DNA of 64,000 nucleotides, taken from Okamejei kenojei. Lineage: Eukaryota. The stretch lies in contig CM069142.1 in the NCBI GenBank assembly GCA_035221665.1, positions 6,014,001-6,078,000 of the forward strand, read 5' to 3'. The translations under genes and the position numbers were made by a program. Positions 12,638 through 24,985 of this stretch are shown piece by piece; the first letter of the stretch is position 1; every line of letters begins with the position of its first letter. The notes under the pieces are model-generated. The model did not search any database, was not told the DNA's origin, and saw nothing but the letters and a program-made list of their open reading frames with translations.

Positions 12638-14107
12638 CAGTGCCCTCCATAATGTTTGGGGCAAAGACACTTCATTTATTTATTTGCCTCTGTACTCCAC
12701 AATTTGAGACATGTGGTCAAAGTGCTCATTGTCAGATTTGAATAAGGGCCATTTTTATACATTTTGGTTTCACCATGTAGAAATTACAGCAGTGTTTATA
12801 CACGACCCCCCCCCCCCCCCCCCCCCCATTTCAGGGCACCATAATGTTTGCGACACAACAATGTCATGTAAATGAAAGTAGTCATGTGGTTATTATTTTG
12901 TTGCATATCCTTTGCATGCAATGACTGCTTGAAGTCTGCGATTCATGGCCATCACCATTTGCTGGTGTCTCCTCTGGTGATGCTCTGCTAGGCCTGTATG
13001 GCAGCCATCTTTAGCTTATGCTCGTTTTGGGGCTAGTCCCCTTCAGTTTTCTCTTCAGCATATTAAAGGCATGCTCAATTGGGTTTAGATCGGGTGATTC
13101 ACTTGGCCACTCAAGAATTGACCATTTTCCAGCTTTGAAAACCTCGTTTGTTGCTTTAGCAGTATGTTTGGGATAATTGTCTTGCTGTAGAATGAACCAC
13201 CGGCCAATGAGTTTTGAGGCATTTGTTTGAACTTGAGCAGATAGGATGTGACTATACACTTCAGAATTCATTATGCTACTACCATCATCAGTTGTATCAT
13301 CAATGAAGATAAGTGAGCCAGTACCTTCAGCAGCCATACATGCCCAGGCCATGACACCCCCACCACCGTGTTTCACAGATGAGGTGGTATGCTTTAGATC
13401 ATGGGGAGTTACTTCTCTCCTCCATACTTTGCTCTTGCCATCACCCGGATACAAGTTAATCTTCGTCTCATCTGTCCACAAGACCTTTTTCCAGAACTGT
13501 GATCACTCTTTTAAGTACTTCTGTAACTGTAAACTGTAACCTGGTCATCCTATTTTTGCAGCTAACCATCAGTGTTTGGGGATTTTTCTTTTTTATTATA
13601 GAGAGAATTCTTCTGTCATCAGCTCACCAGTGCTCTCTTTCTTCTTAATGATGTTCCAAACAGTTGATTTTGGTAAGGTTTGGCTGATGTCTCTAACAGT
13701 TGTATTCTTGTTTCTCAGTCTCATAATGGCTTCTTTGACTTTCATTGGCACAACTTTGGTCCTCATGTTGATAAACAGCAATAAAAGTTTCCAAAGGTAA
13801 AGACTAGGTGCTGAGAGCTCTCTTATAACTGCATTAAGGAGGCAATTGAACACACCTGAGCAATTACAAACGGCCGTAAAGCCATGTCTCCCAAACATTA
13901 TGGTGCCCTGAAATGGGGGACTATGTATAAACACAGCAGTAATTTTTACATGGTGAAACCAAAATATATAGAAATACCCTTTAATAAAATCTGACAATGT
14001 GCACTTTAACCGTATGTGATTTTTTCTATTACAAATCTCAAATTGTGGAGTACAGAGGCAAATAAATAAATGATGTGTCTTTGTCCCAAATATTGCAGAG
14101 GGCACTG
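12638..14107 (-). mobile_element. Tc1 (IR/DR-type) DNA transposon
   Basis: TA target duplication (12636-12637, 14108-14109). TIRs of ~220 bp begin CAGTGCCCTC and contain the internal direct repeat CCATAATGTTTG. Confidence 0.95.
12893..13766 (-). pseudogene. Tc1 DD34E transposase, disrupted
   Basis: N-terminal HTH region MRTKVVPMKVKEAI...KSTVWNIIKK; WTDETK, VKHGGG, QQDN + 34 aa + E (SPDLNPIE), ..GYATK*. Internal deletion and frameshifts. Confidence 0.92.
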
Positions 14108-14665
14108 TAGCTTTCCATTTCAATACAGAATTAAAGCAATAGAAACAATATATTGCTGCAATGGTCATGAGTACTGTTGAAATAAAAACATTATGTCATA
14201 AAAAATGTAAGAACCCTACATAGTTGGTATTTCTGTAATTTGGTTTACCACACAGCTATACATCTACTAGTTTTCACAGAATAGGTCTGAAATTTAGCAG
14301 CTTACTTTAGCCCCCGCACAGGCATGACTACGAGCTGAATTACCAAGCACTCTATAAAGTACCTTCAGTCTGGCAAGGGAAAACTATTAAAGATACCGAA
14401 CAAGCAAATGAGCAATTCAGGGGGTGAATTCAAATCATATATTTGTGAAATGTATGGTGAGGTTTCCAAACCTTTTGTTTAATGTTTATTTTGGATATTA
14501 AAATCTTCAGTTACAAAGACAATACTGGCAATTCCTTTGGTGCCATTGATCACGAAAGGCTTCATGATCCCATTTCCAGTTTCAGTTACCTCTTCCAGCC
14601 TTACAATTCACCACCTTTGCCCTTCAACCTGCCTGTAGTTCTGAATTCTCCCCATGACAACCTCC

Positions 14666-15302
14666 ATGTGGCGCCAACAATGGCCGCCTCGCCAGCAGTC
14701 TGTCACGTCCCTTCTCTTATTATTTTAAGTATGTTTTAAATGTGTGTTTTTGTGGGCGGGGGGGGAACATTTTTCCAGTCACTTACCTCTACGGAGATGC
14801 AACTTTCTCAGTATCTCATCTCCCCCCCCCCACATAAACTAACCCAGAAACATTAATATCGATGTTAAAGCAGTCTTTAACATCGCGGAGCTGCGATCCT
14901 TTGCCGGGGGTTGCCAGCAGAAGTACTCTGACCGCGGGACCTGTGGAATTTTAACATTGTAAGCTGTGTTCTCCGGTAAGAAGCGGCCGACTTGGGAACT
15001 CCGGAGTGTTCCGATCCGTCCCGACGTCGGAGTTTCGTTTATTCTGAAGAGAGGGCCTGAACATCTCTGTAGCTGTGTTCAAAGGCCCCGACCATACGTG
15101 AACAAAGGAGGAAGATGACTGAACTTTATTGCCTTCCATCACAGTGAGGAATGTTGATTCCACTGTGGTGGATGTTTATGTTAAATTTTATGTTATGTGG
15201 CTGTGTGTATTGTTGCTTTTCACTAAGTATGGCTGTATGGCAACTCCGATTTCACTGTACCTTAACTGGTAAGTGACAATAAATGCAAACTTGAACTTGA
15301 AT
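14666..15302 (+). mobile_element. Non-coding retroposon, copy A (Rex1-like tail)
   Basis: Homologous to 41818-42664(-) and 59775-60492(+). Ends TGACAATAAA plus an (ACTTGA)n tail. Confidence 0.75.
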
Positions 15303-15540
15303 TACCCCACCATTTTATCCTTGCAAAGCTCGTTAAAAATCCGTCCCTTTGACCAAGCTCTGAGTGGCTGTATGGTCTTGTGAGATTTGCCACCAATGAA
15401 GCCCAGTGAGATGATTCAATGCAATATAAATGTTTGCATACTGAGGCTTTTAATGGTTAATGCATGACTCCTCCTTGGGGAAATTAGATATTGCAGGGAA
15501 ATTCATAGCCCCAGAAAAAGAGGCAAATAAAATTTCAAAA

Positions 15541-15662
15541 GTTCATAAGACATAGGAGCAGAATTAGACCAATTTGGCCCATCAAGTCTGCTCTGCCGTT
15601 CAATCATGGCAGATCTATCTTTCCCCCATCAACCCCATTCTCCTGATTTCTCCCCATAATCT
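15541..15662 (-). mobile_element. CR1/HER1 3' end
   Basis: Reverse complement of the 3'UTR seen at 11670-11837. Confidence 0.75.
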
Positions 15663-15875
15663 TGCTGGGCTTGCTTTGTGCCCTTTGTCTATTCTGATCA
15701 GTATGATTAATTACAGTTTAGTTAAAATGTGCAGATGCTCCAAATAGTGTAATTGACAGCTAAGAGCAGTTTTTTTCCCCCTAATCTCAAGTTTGAGCAA
15801 CTAGGAGATTATGCCATTTGATGTACAAGATCCCAAAGTTGATGAGATCTTATCACAATTCTGCAGCAACTCGTT

Positions 15876-16222
15876 GGGCGACACGCTGGCGGAGGGGAGG
15901 AGTTGCTGCCTTACAGCGCTTGCAGCGCCAGAAACCTGGGTTCGATCCTGACTACAGGTAACGTCAGTACAGAGTTTGTATGTTTTCCCCGTGATCGCGT
16001 GGGTTTTCTCGGAGATCATCGGTTTCCTCCCACACTCCAAAAATGTACAGGTATTTAGGTAAATTGGCTTGGTAAATGGTAAATGTAATGTAAATGTAAA
16101 AAAAAAAATTAAAAAAAAAAATTGTGCCTGGTGTGTGTAGGGGAGTGTTAATGTGTTACTGGTCGGCGCAGACCCTGGGGGTCAAAGGGCCTGTTTCCAC
16201 ACTGTATCTCTAAACTAAACTA
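15876..16222 (+). mobile_element. tRNA-derived HE1-like V-SINE
   Basis: Pol III A box TGGCGGAGGGG, B box GGTTCGATCC, V-domain core (GGTTTCCTCCCACACTCCAAA), CR1-like tail GGGCCTGTTTCC..CTGTATCTCTAAACTAAAC. Confidence 0.85.
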
Positions 16223-17691
16223 CTCAAGACAGAAAATAGTTATAAAGATATTATTAAACTAGCTTGTATATAATACTGACTTCAAAAAATCCCTAAATCC
16301 TTTAATGTCAATTGCATACATTACAGAAGATGTTGGTATGTGTGTAAAGATAGAGCCGGAAAGAAATTAGCCTTACATTGCATACAGATCCACGAACCAC
16401 TGACAATTTGATTAAGGAACACGGAATCCACAGAAAATGTGTTTTAATGGACCAGAATGCTATGGATACAAATAAGAAAAAAAGTATATGTGGATGTATG
16501 TGATGAAGGGCATGAGTCACGTGCCACGGAATATGCAATAAGTTTGTGCAAATGCAGAATTCAAAATGTTTTAGATAAATATAAATGGACAGATTTTAGT
16601 CCAAACTCCTATTTTGAACCTGTGGCATTAAAAACAAAAATACTGTCTTGACAGCTGCAAGCAGCTCATTGTGCTGTGGTCTCTGATACTTCACACAAAG
16701 ACAACTGTTCTGCAAAATTTACTGTTGGTAAGAAAGTGAAATATGCAAAGACAACATGCAATTAGAAAAACAAACTGTCTGTTAACCTTCATTTCAAAGG
16801 GGTGGCTATCCTGGGCTCATCTTGCTCAAATTATATCGGATCATGATGAGACACATCTAAACTGCTGTATGTAGTGCTGGTCACCCCACCCAAGATAGAT
16901 GGAATCCAGCATCAGACTGATTTTAGGGTCGCACGGACGAGGAGAAATTAAGCAGACTGGACCAATGCGTACTATGTAGACTTTAGTAGAGTGAAAGGTA
17001 ATCTCATTGAAAAGTTCTTAAGGGGCTTGGCTGACTAGATTTGGAGTTCATGTTTTCTACTGTTTGGCTATCTCTAGCCAGACATCAACATCTGAAAACG
17101 AGGACCATCCATCCATTCAGAAGAGACAAGAAGACATCTCTTCTCACAAGGAGTGATGAATCTTGCTGCCCAAGAGGTCAAAGATGCTCAGCTGCTAAAT
17201 ATAATCAAGAGATAATTCCCTTAATATTCAATTTTTTGATTTAAGGTCCATGGGTTAGCGTAGGGAAGGGACACTGGGGTTAAAAACAAAAATCAGCTGA
17301 GATATTGTTGAATAAGGGAGCAGGAATGCAGGAAGGAGAAGGGGAAAGCTACCCACTATCTTCATTTTTTAACACATTCTTATCTCTCGGGAAATGCTTA
17401 GAGTCACACATATCTTTTACAAGTGTGCGGGTCCAAACATTCTGCCGGCCTCGCCCCTACAACCGCTCTGCAATGTGCAGCAGCCTGCAAGTAGTGATTG
17501 TCCCTGCCAATGAGAAGTAAAACTCTGCCCTCTGACCACCCTCATGAACTTCTGAAAGCCTTTCTCACCTGTTCTGAATATCTCTGATGATCAATATGTT
17601 AAATCATAAAGTTTTTTTTTTAACTGAAAAATCACATTCAACTTGAAAATGTTGATACTAATTTAAGTAAAGCAAAAAACAAACCACTTAC

Positions 17692-17772
17692 CTTTTTAGT
17701 GAAAATCAGCAGCCCCATTCAATGTTGCCCTTTCGAGTGATTGAGGCAAGCTAGCCACAACTGATTTTAACA
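17692..17772 (-). other. Candidate 81-nt cassette exon in POU2F1 intron 1 with in-frame stop
   Basis: Acceptor ttttttggcctcttcag| and consensus donor AAG|gtaagt. Phase-1 reading gives VLKSVVASLPQSLERATLNGAADFH*. Confidence 0.4.
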
Positions 17773-17942
17773 CTGAAGAGGCCAAAAAATCTAGTTCACC
17801 CAGCAAAATCTAGTTTACCCTCAACCCAAAACCTAATGGAATGCCACAGTGCTCAGGGATGGGACAGGAAAGCATATGTACCTGACCTCCATTTCTACAC
17901 AGCTGTCTCCTACCCATTAACACTATCTGATCCATTGCTATG

Positions 17943-18792
17943 ATGCAAATAGTTTCCACTGACATCTAATGATAATAAATTCACATTGATGAGGGCAATG
18001 AAAACACTTTGGTGTAAAAACAGCCGAATCTACACAGCAAAAGAAGATTTTCTATCAATGTTATGATTAGAGAGTCTGAACGGACGTTTTTAGGATTCAG
18101 ATCATTCAAATCTGCACTCCAAGGCACTGGTTTTTGCTCATGGGTCAAGCTAAAGATGCATCCTTGCTATCGTCAATCTCAAACCAAATATGCAAAATAT
18201 AATTAGTTCAACAATTGATTAACAATTTCCCAAGAGTAATCGTAAGGAATGAAGTAATGAAAAAAAGTCACTGATATATGAATAATTCTTGCTAGCATAT
18301 ACTGAATGAGGTTTTTAATCACTAGTATGCAAATATTCATGCAATTTCCATATTTTGATTAAACAATTAAGTACCTCCATACAATAAATTCATCACCCTC
18401 CACTTGCAACTGCAGTTTGCACATTGCAATGGTTAAACGTTAGAAAGAGAAAGGAAAGAGAATCAGGTGGAAACAGTACCTTTCTAATCTTTGCCATGAC
18501 TTCAGTAATGTTGGCAACAAGAAACACTACAGGACTTGACTGATTTTTAATGTCACAGCAACAGAGCCAATATAATTCTCGAATTTTGTTACTAAATGGA
18601 AATAAAGATTGCAGCCACCAATTTCCATAATTAAATTTATTCAGCATACGCTTTGTTAATGTCTCGCAAAAATCTCCTTTCTACTAACAAGCTGGCAACA
18701 TCTCTAATGGCCGAGCAAAACTAATTTTGCGTACAATTAAGTTTACTGTTCAGTTTGGACATCTTTATAAATATTTATCAGCATATTTGCAT
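17943..18792. promoter_or_regulatory. Octamer (ATGCAAAT) cluster, candidate Oct-1 autoregulatory element or alternative promoter
   Basis: Perfect octamers at 17943-17950, 18327-18334 (ATGCAAATATTCAT) and 18785-18792 (reverse), within repeat-free DNA. Confidence 0.5.
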
Positions 18793-19344
18793 ATTAATTG
18801 CCAAGTCCAAAAACAGTTCTATGTGACAGTGGAATTCATTTATGTGTGACAAGAGCAACATTGTATTTGATTCCCACCCCCAATTAAAATTCTTTTTTAA
18901 AAATTGCTTCTAGAAACATTGTTCCTGCACAGTATTAGGCTTGCATCCCAAATGAACAATGAGGAGAACATTGTTAATTCTACAAATGCATCTTGTAAAA
19001 ACAAATATTTCCCAACACCTTGAAAGCTCGCAAGATTCTCACGCTATGAAGCGTTTTATAATAAAATAGCAAGATTATGTTCAACAATATACTGAGAAAA
19101 TGTGTGTGTGGTATCCATCAGCTAAGAAAATTTAATGATAGCAGCACCCAGATAATTGCGCATATATGGCTATCTGAACCAGGTTTCTCAAACTGGATCT
19201 GCAGCTCATTCCTTGATATTATGACATTATTCTAAGGGGCCTGAAACACAATATGTTGCATTCATTGAGTGACTCTGTATGGGATCTGGTGTCAAAGGCT
19301 TTTCTCTCTTAAGTCTTGCTCCCTTAAGGCTGTCTTTTTGAGGC

Positions 19345-19632
19345 ACTGAAAACTGAGATCTCCACGTTCAGGAACAACAGGAACAACTTCTTTCCAACAA
19401 CCCATCAGGCTATTGAACACCACAATCACCAACTAAACTCCAAAATGTGTTGTTTGCACTAGGGACCTCTGGCTTTTGTTTTGCACTCATATTTTTACTC
19501 ATTTATTGAACTTTTTTAATATTTTTGTGTTACCTACGAGTAGTGTGTTAACAGGCATGTTATACTACTGCAAGTAAGAATGTTATTGTTCTGATTTTGG
19601 TACATATGACAATTAAGCACTCCAGACTCTTG
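19345..19632 (+). mobile_element. Rex1 3' end fragment
   Basis: TTCAGGAACAAC..TTCTTTCCAACA..ATCAGGCTATTGAAC and a 3'UTR like that of 10410-11640. Confidence 0.7.
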
Positions 19633-20532
19633 AAATAATAAACCTTAAGTATGACTGCCAAAGCCACAAATTGCCAGACCTGGTTAGATCACATTAAGGC
19701 CTAGAAACTCTCACAATCTTCAGTCAAAAAATATCTCACTATTCCTGCCTGCTGCTCTCTTCTTAAATTAACTGGATATACTGTTGTCATACAAGGTCAG
19801 CTTTCCAACACTCAGTCGAAAAAGTCCTCCACTCAGGATTTTTCCCCTCAATCAAAATGTTGAGTCACAATTATTCAGGGTAACAGGAGATTTCCTTAAC
19901 TTGAAAAACAAAAATCACAGACAATGGCAGCAGCCCAGAAACCATGGCAACAGTATTCTTTGCCTCCGTGTGACCAATACCACAGACATTAATATTTGTT
20001 GCACCAAACCAGTCTACTGACCACACATCTGCACAAGCCCAAATATCACATCCACCATCTCGACTTTAACCCTACTTTCCCTCTATAACCTCAAAAAGGC
20101 ACTTGCACCAGGCCTATAAGTAGGTTCAGGAGCCAATGGTGGCGCCTGCCCTCCCCACCAAGGCTTACTTGCAATATAACTTCTCAGAGACACCCAACAA
20201 TATCAACGGTCTCAGCAGGACATTCATACCCGCCTATCACACTACTTGTTCACCACCCTGTACAAAGGGAATTTCCATTCAATTAAATGGAAAGATCAAA
20301 GGTATTGTCTTGTGTTCCTTAGACAAACGCTATCCCCCACATTACCATTCTTTTCTCGGCAAAGCTGCCCGAGTCTGAGTAATACTGTTTTACAACTGGA
20401 GCTTCCAATGCTTTCTCCATTGTCAGGGCTCAACTGAAAGCTCCACAATTTTGCCCATTTCCTTGTCTCAGCCTTTACTCACCTTGAATTAACTGCTCCA
20501 AAGTTCTAAAATAAAAACTTATATCTGCAAGT

Positions 20533-20653
20533 GTCTCGACCTGAAACATCACCTATTCCTTCGCTCCATAGATGCTGCCTCACCCGCTGAGTTTCTCCAG
20601 CATTTTTTGTCTACTTTCGATTTTTCCCAGCATCTGCAGTTCCTTCTTAAACA
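20533..20653 (+). mobile_element. Penelope pLTR-derived short insertion
   Basis: GTCTCGACCTGAAACATCACC...GATGCTGCCTCACCCGCTGAGTTTCTCCAGCA...GTTCCTTCTTAAACA. Confidence 0.85.
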
Positions 20654-20896
20654 AAATCTCAATCTAATTGGTTTCCACAACTGACAGATTACATTGTCAG
20701 CAGCAAATGCAATATATAAAATTCTGTGGAAGTAAATCACCACATCACCTGGAATGTAAATTTGCAGCCTTTAATGATTAAAAGGGAGGAGGTTTAAAGG
20801 CAGTGGTTTAATTTCCTGCAGTTGCAAGGGCTGGTGATAAGAGGAGATGTGGAAATTGATGGAAAGAGAAGACCCAACAAAGCACCTGAGAGGGAA

Positions 20897-21120
20897 TGTT
20901 TAAGAAGGAACTGCAGATGCTGGAAAATCGAAGGTAGACAAAAATGCTGAAGAAACTCAGAGGGTGATGCAGCATCTATGGAGCGAAGGAAATAGGCAAT
21001 GTTTCGGGTCAATACCCTACCTCGGAGTCTGAAGAAGGGTCTCGACCAGAAACGTTGCCTACTTCCTTTGCTCCATAGATGTTGCCTCACCCGCTGAGTT
21101 TCTCCAGCATTTTTGTCTAC
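20897..21120 (-). mobile_element. Palindromic (5'-inverted) Penelope pLTR insertion with hammerhead core
   Basis: Inverted arms with CTGAAGAAGGGTCTCGACCAGAAACGTT in the right arm. Flanked by CTGAGAGGGAA (20886-20896) and CCGAGAGGGAA (21121-21131). Confidence 0.85.
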
Positions 21121-23123
21121 CCGAGAGGGAATGGTCCCTTCAGAATGCTGAAGAGTGGAGACCATTTATCTGCTTCTGCCATCATATTGGAAATGATGAA
21201 CTGAAGGAAAATGTGGAAATTGGTGTGATGGAAGAAATGTTCAGGCAACTGCAGGAGATGTAGTCACTACCTGTAAAGCTCCTCCATTTTAATCATTCAA
21301 AGCAGCAAATGTACGTTCCAGTGATGCAGTGATTTACTTCCACTTGGAAAAGGTGCAGGGGAAATCCTATTCTTGTTCTGTTGGACAGAGCGGGTGAATA
21401 AGTGACACTAACAGAGCAGAGAATCTAATCAATGATGTGAAGGGAATGCCACAGCTACTGTAGAACATAGGAGAAGCACTGGTGTGGCAGAGCAGATGAG
21501 ATAAGAGAGAAAAAGTTACGGCTTCCACTGGTGGAAGTGAATTACAATAATTCCTCAACTCTTTAACCATAATCTTTCAATTAATTACTATTTCTGCCAT
21601 AAGCTTACATACTCAATTTACATTACCAATGGCTGGTATAAGTTTAATGATAATCAGCATTCATGATAGAGAGCTTTTTGTATACATGCCGCGCAAATGT
21701 TTGCAATCGTCCCAATATTTTTTTTAATTCTTCCATGATAAAATTACACAATGAGATAGTAACAGAGGAATCCAATTCTCACTTGTGTTATTTTGGCCGT
21801 CAATTAATGGTCTATACATAGTCAATTTGAGATGAATGCAGAAAATATTTTCACAAAATGTTGATCCTTTTATGTTAAAAAGATTAAAACTAAAATGTTA
21901 GATAAAAAGCGAAAGTTACAATTATTTTATACCTAAATTAATTGACTGCAAACAATTAGTGAGATATCGTCAAAAATTATTTCAATACATGTTCAAGGAT
22001 GTGTTTTCAAACAGCATGGAAAATAATGGGCATATTTAGCACTTCTGACACCCTAATGGGAGAGGAACACATCCATTGCAGTGGAGCAGCACTAATTTGT
22101 ACTAATCACATGTACTAAACAGTTATGAACACAGCACTCGTTAATAAGTACTTGGCAAGCAAAAAGTGTATTTTTCCAAACAAGTTGTGCTTTAATCAAA
22201 ACAGGTGCAGCCCCATTTAACAATCTATACAAAGCCACCATGTTGCCATAATTAAACAGGCAGATGTCTTTGCTGAGGAGGTCAAAGTCACAATAAAATT
22301 TGCTACAGAACATGACCACAAAGCAAGCAACAACAATCACGGCATCTTATTAACAGTAGAAACTAACCAAAAAATCCCCTTCTGCCCCAACAGACTTTGT
22401 GGATATTGTTCATACGGCTCAGTTCTTTAGTTTCCTGTAGCACAAAAAGCAATCAGAAATGATGGCTGGTTAACATTTATCAAGAATACAATTAACTGTT
22501 TTTAAATCATAAAATAACTATGCAATTATTCATTCTGGCAAGTTAAACTTTTACCAGATTGCATAACATCTGTGATTGCTCATTAGTAGTCACAGGTGAA
22601 AAGCATTCAGCAGCAAAAACTCAGATTAGACAGTTTAAACGACGAGTATAATATTACACTAGAGGAGCAGTCAAGTTGGGGAGGAGAGAATCACAACTTC
22701 AGGTTATTTACGTCCCAGATGAAAATCAAAAAGAGCAGATGCAAATGCCATCATGGCTTTTTAGTACACCCGAAAATTAATTTCAATCAACATAATGAAC
22801 ATTTCTGAATTATATTTATACAATGCTCAAAATATACTGCAAGAGATTATAAACAGAAAACAAATGGAGGAAGTGAAGATTTACATGATGCACCTTGCTC
22901 ATTTTATATTGTGCTACCCAGCTGCAGCCATTAATACCAATTTCTGCATAAATTTGTAGTATGTAATGTCCCTCCTTAGGTACTTTCAATCTGAAACCAA
23001 TTTCTTACAGCAAACTGAAAATGCAGGAGGCATCAGATGCATTGAGAAACTAGATTTTAAAAGATTTGACTGCTAATCAATAAAGACTAATGTGAAGAAT
23101 TCATACAACGTTTACAAATAATA

Positions 23124-23221
23124 AGGTAGACACAAAATGCTGGAGTAACTCAGCGGGACAGGCAGCATCTCTGGAGAGGAGGAATGGGTGACATTTCGGG
23201 TCGAGACCCTTCTTCAGACCA
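23124..23221 (-). mobile_element. Penelope pLTR-derived mini-insertion with hammerhead core
   Basis: Minus strand GTCTGAAGAAGGGTCTCGACCCGAAATGTCACC. Exact 11-bp flanking repeat TACAAATAATA (23113-23123, 23222-23232). Confidence 0.88.
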
Positions 23222-23349
23222 TACAAATAATATATATCCCCTTTAAACCCAAAATGCATAGACAAAGCAGCCCAGTAGCTATGTCAAAAATAATATTTTA
23301 TCCAATTAAAATGTTCTTAATGTCACAGAAATCAAGAAATCCAAGGGTG

Positions 23350-24350
23350 AAATTTTTCAACATTCAGTAAAGGAAAATCAATGGTAAGCAAAGGAAAAGT
23401 AGAATATGAGAGAGAGCTAGCAAGAAATACAAGTTTCAATAGATTTATAAAACAAATTAACATATTAGCAAAAGTTAACATGGGTCCCTTACAATCAGAA
23501 ATATGAGAAATTACATTGGAGTAAATAGGGAAATTAAACAAACATGTTTCAACTATATTCTCACAACAAGGCATGGAAAACCTTGATAATGGGGAAAAAA
23601 GTGAGCAAATGTAGGGCAGAGAGGGAACAGCATTAGTGGTGAAGGGAAGGGGGGGGGGGGAGGGGGGGGAGGGGAAATGTAATGGTACTGGAGAAATTGA
23701 CAGGCCCAAAAACCAATTAATCCCCAAATTTAAAAGTTGGCTTTGAGATTGTGACTGGTTGTCACCTTCACAATTCAAGAACAGCTCCTCGCTGGAAGTT
23801 AACAACTTTAACTAAGCATACAAGGCAGAAATAAAATAGTTGGCCTGGGGCAAGTAACAGGGAGCGTGCTGCAACTCATTACTCAGAGTCAATAACATCA
23901 TCCTTGAAAAATCATAGGCTTGGGCAGAATTAACATGGATTTATAAAAGGGAAAATCACATCTGACAAGTCTGTTGGAACTCATAGGTTCTATCTGTCAG
24001 GATGGGGGGTGCACCAGTCAACAGGGCGCATCTGGGCTGTCATGTTGTTATGGTGCCACACAAAAAAACCCAGTAAAATTACAATGAACAAAATATTAAC
24101 AGAGACAGTGGGTGGGTAGACGATTGGTATGGATTGAGGATTGCTTAATGGACAGAAAGAAGGCAGTGGATTCAGACAGCTCATGCTCAGGTTTAGATGT
24201 GATAATGGGATGCCACAGATCTTGGTGTTGGAAATGCTGATTTTCACAATCACCACCCTGAGTGGGCTGGTGGAATCATGAATAATTGTATCCAAATTAG
24301 TCAAATGTAGCAAACAGGAACCCAGATTGATTCTTGGCATGGCGGGCTTG
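23350..24350 (+). mobile_element. Old, fragmented CR1 LINE
   Basis: Patchy similarity to the reverse complement of the CR1 ORF at 35330-35794 and to CR1 RT motifs (CATGGATTTATAAAAGGGAAAATC, TGGATTGAGGATTG). Confidence 0.6.
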
Positions 24351-24884
24351 TCATATTTATTACATATGTAGCGAACATTAATCTAAAATTCATCATCATG
24401 GACAATTTAGTCTATCAAACACACGCAAACATTGAGGATTGTGGGCGAGCCAACCAAATTTACTTATTCTTGAACAACAATTAATCCCATTATCTACAGC
24501 TTCAAAAACAGTTTCCATGTATTTTCCTCAAAACTAAATAGATCCTAATTCATTAGCCATGTAAAAAGATTTCAATCGAGTACTGATTTTCCAACTTATA
24601 ATTCACGTGAAATATATATACACAAAGTAAAACGCAACAACGATTCTGAAATGAACAAATAACTCACATTGTACGATAAGATCAAGAGGAAAAAACACAA
24701 ATTTCATAATGTTTATTGGTGTGTTAGTGGGAGATAATTGGATGCTACAGTGGACTTTAACTATAAATGGTTTACTTGCATGAAATAAAATAATTTACAC
24801 TTTCCTATCTCCATTATTTGAAGCACATACAGTGTAGCATTGTACACTGATCAAATACATCTTGCAAGAGAGGTGTATTTGAAA

Positions 24885-24985
24885 TGTTTAAGAAGGAACT
24901 GCAGATGCTGGAAAATCAAAGGTAGACCAAAATGCTGGAGAAACGCAGCGGGCGAGGCAGCATCTATGGAGCGAAGGAAATAGGC
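24885..24985 (-). mobile_element. Penelope pLTR-derived fragment (3' part only)
   Basis: TGTTTAAGAAGGAACTGCAGATGCTGG...GGAAATAGGCG, nearly identical to 20897-20999. Confidence 0.85.

Noticed and set aside
15876-15955. tRNA gene
   Set aside because: A and B boxes are present but continue into a V-SINE core and CR1-like tail, so this is a SINE head.
18375-18647. Orthologue of the mammalian lymphoid first coding exon (MLDCSD-like)
   Set aside because: No recognisable peptide similarity. The only phase-compatible option (MNLLYG|gtactt) has a weak donor, and other nearby ATG-donor pairs (14296, 17882, 18480, 21271) are out of phase.
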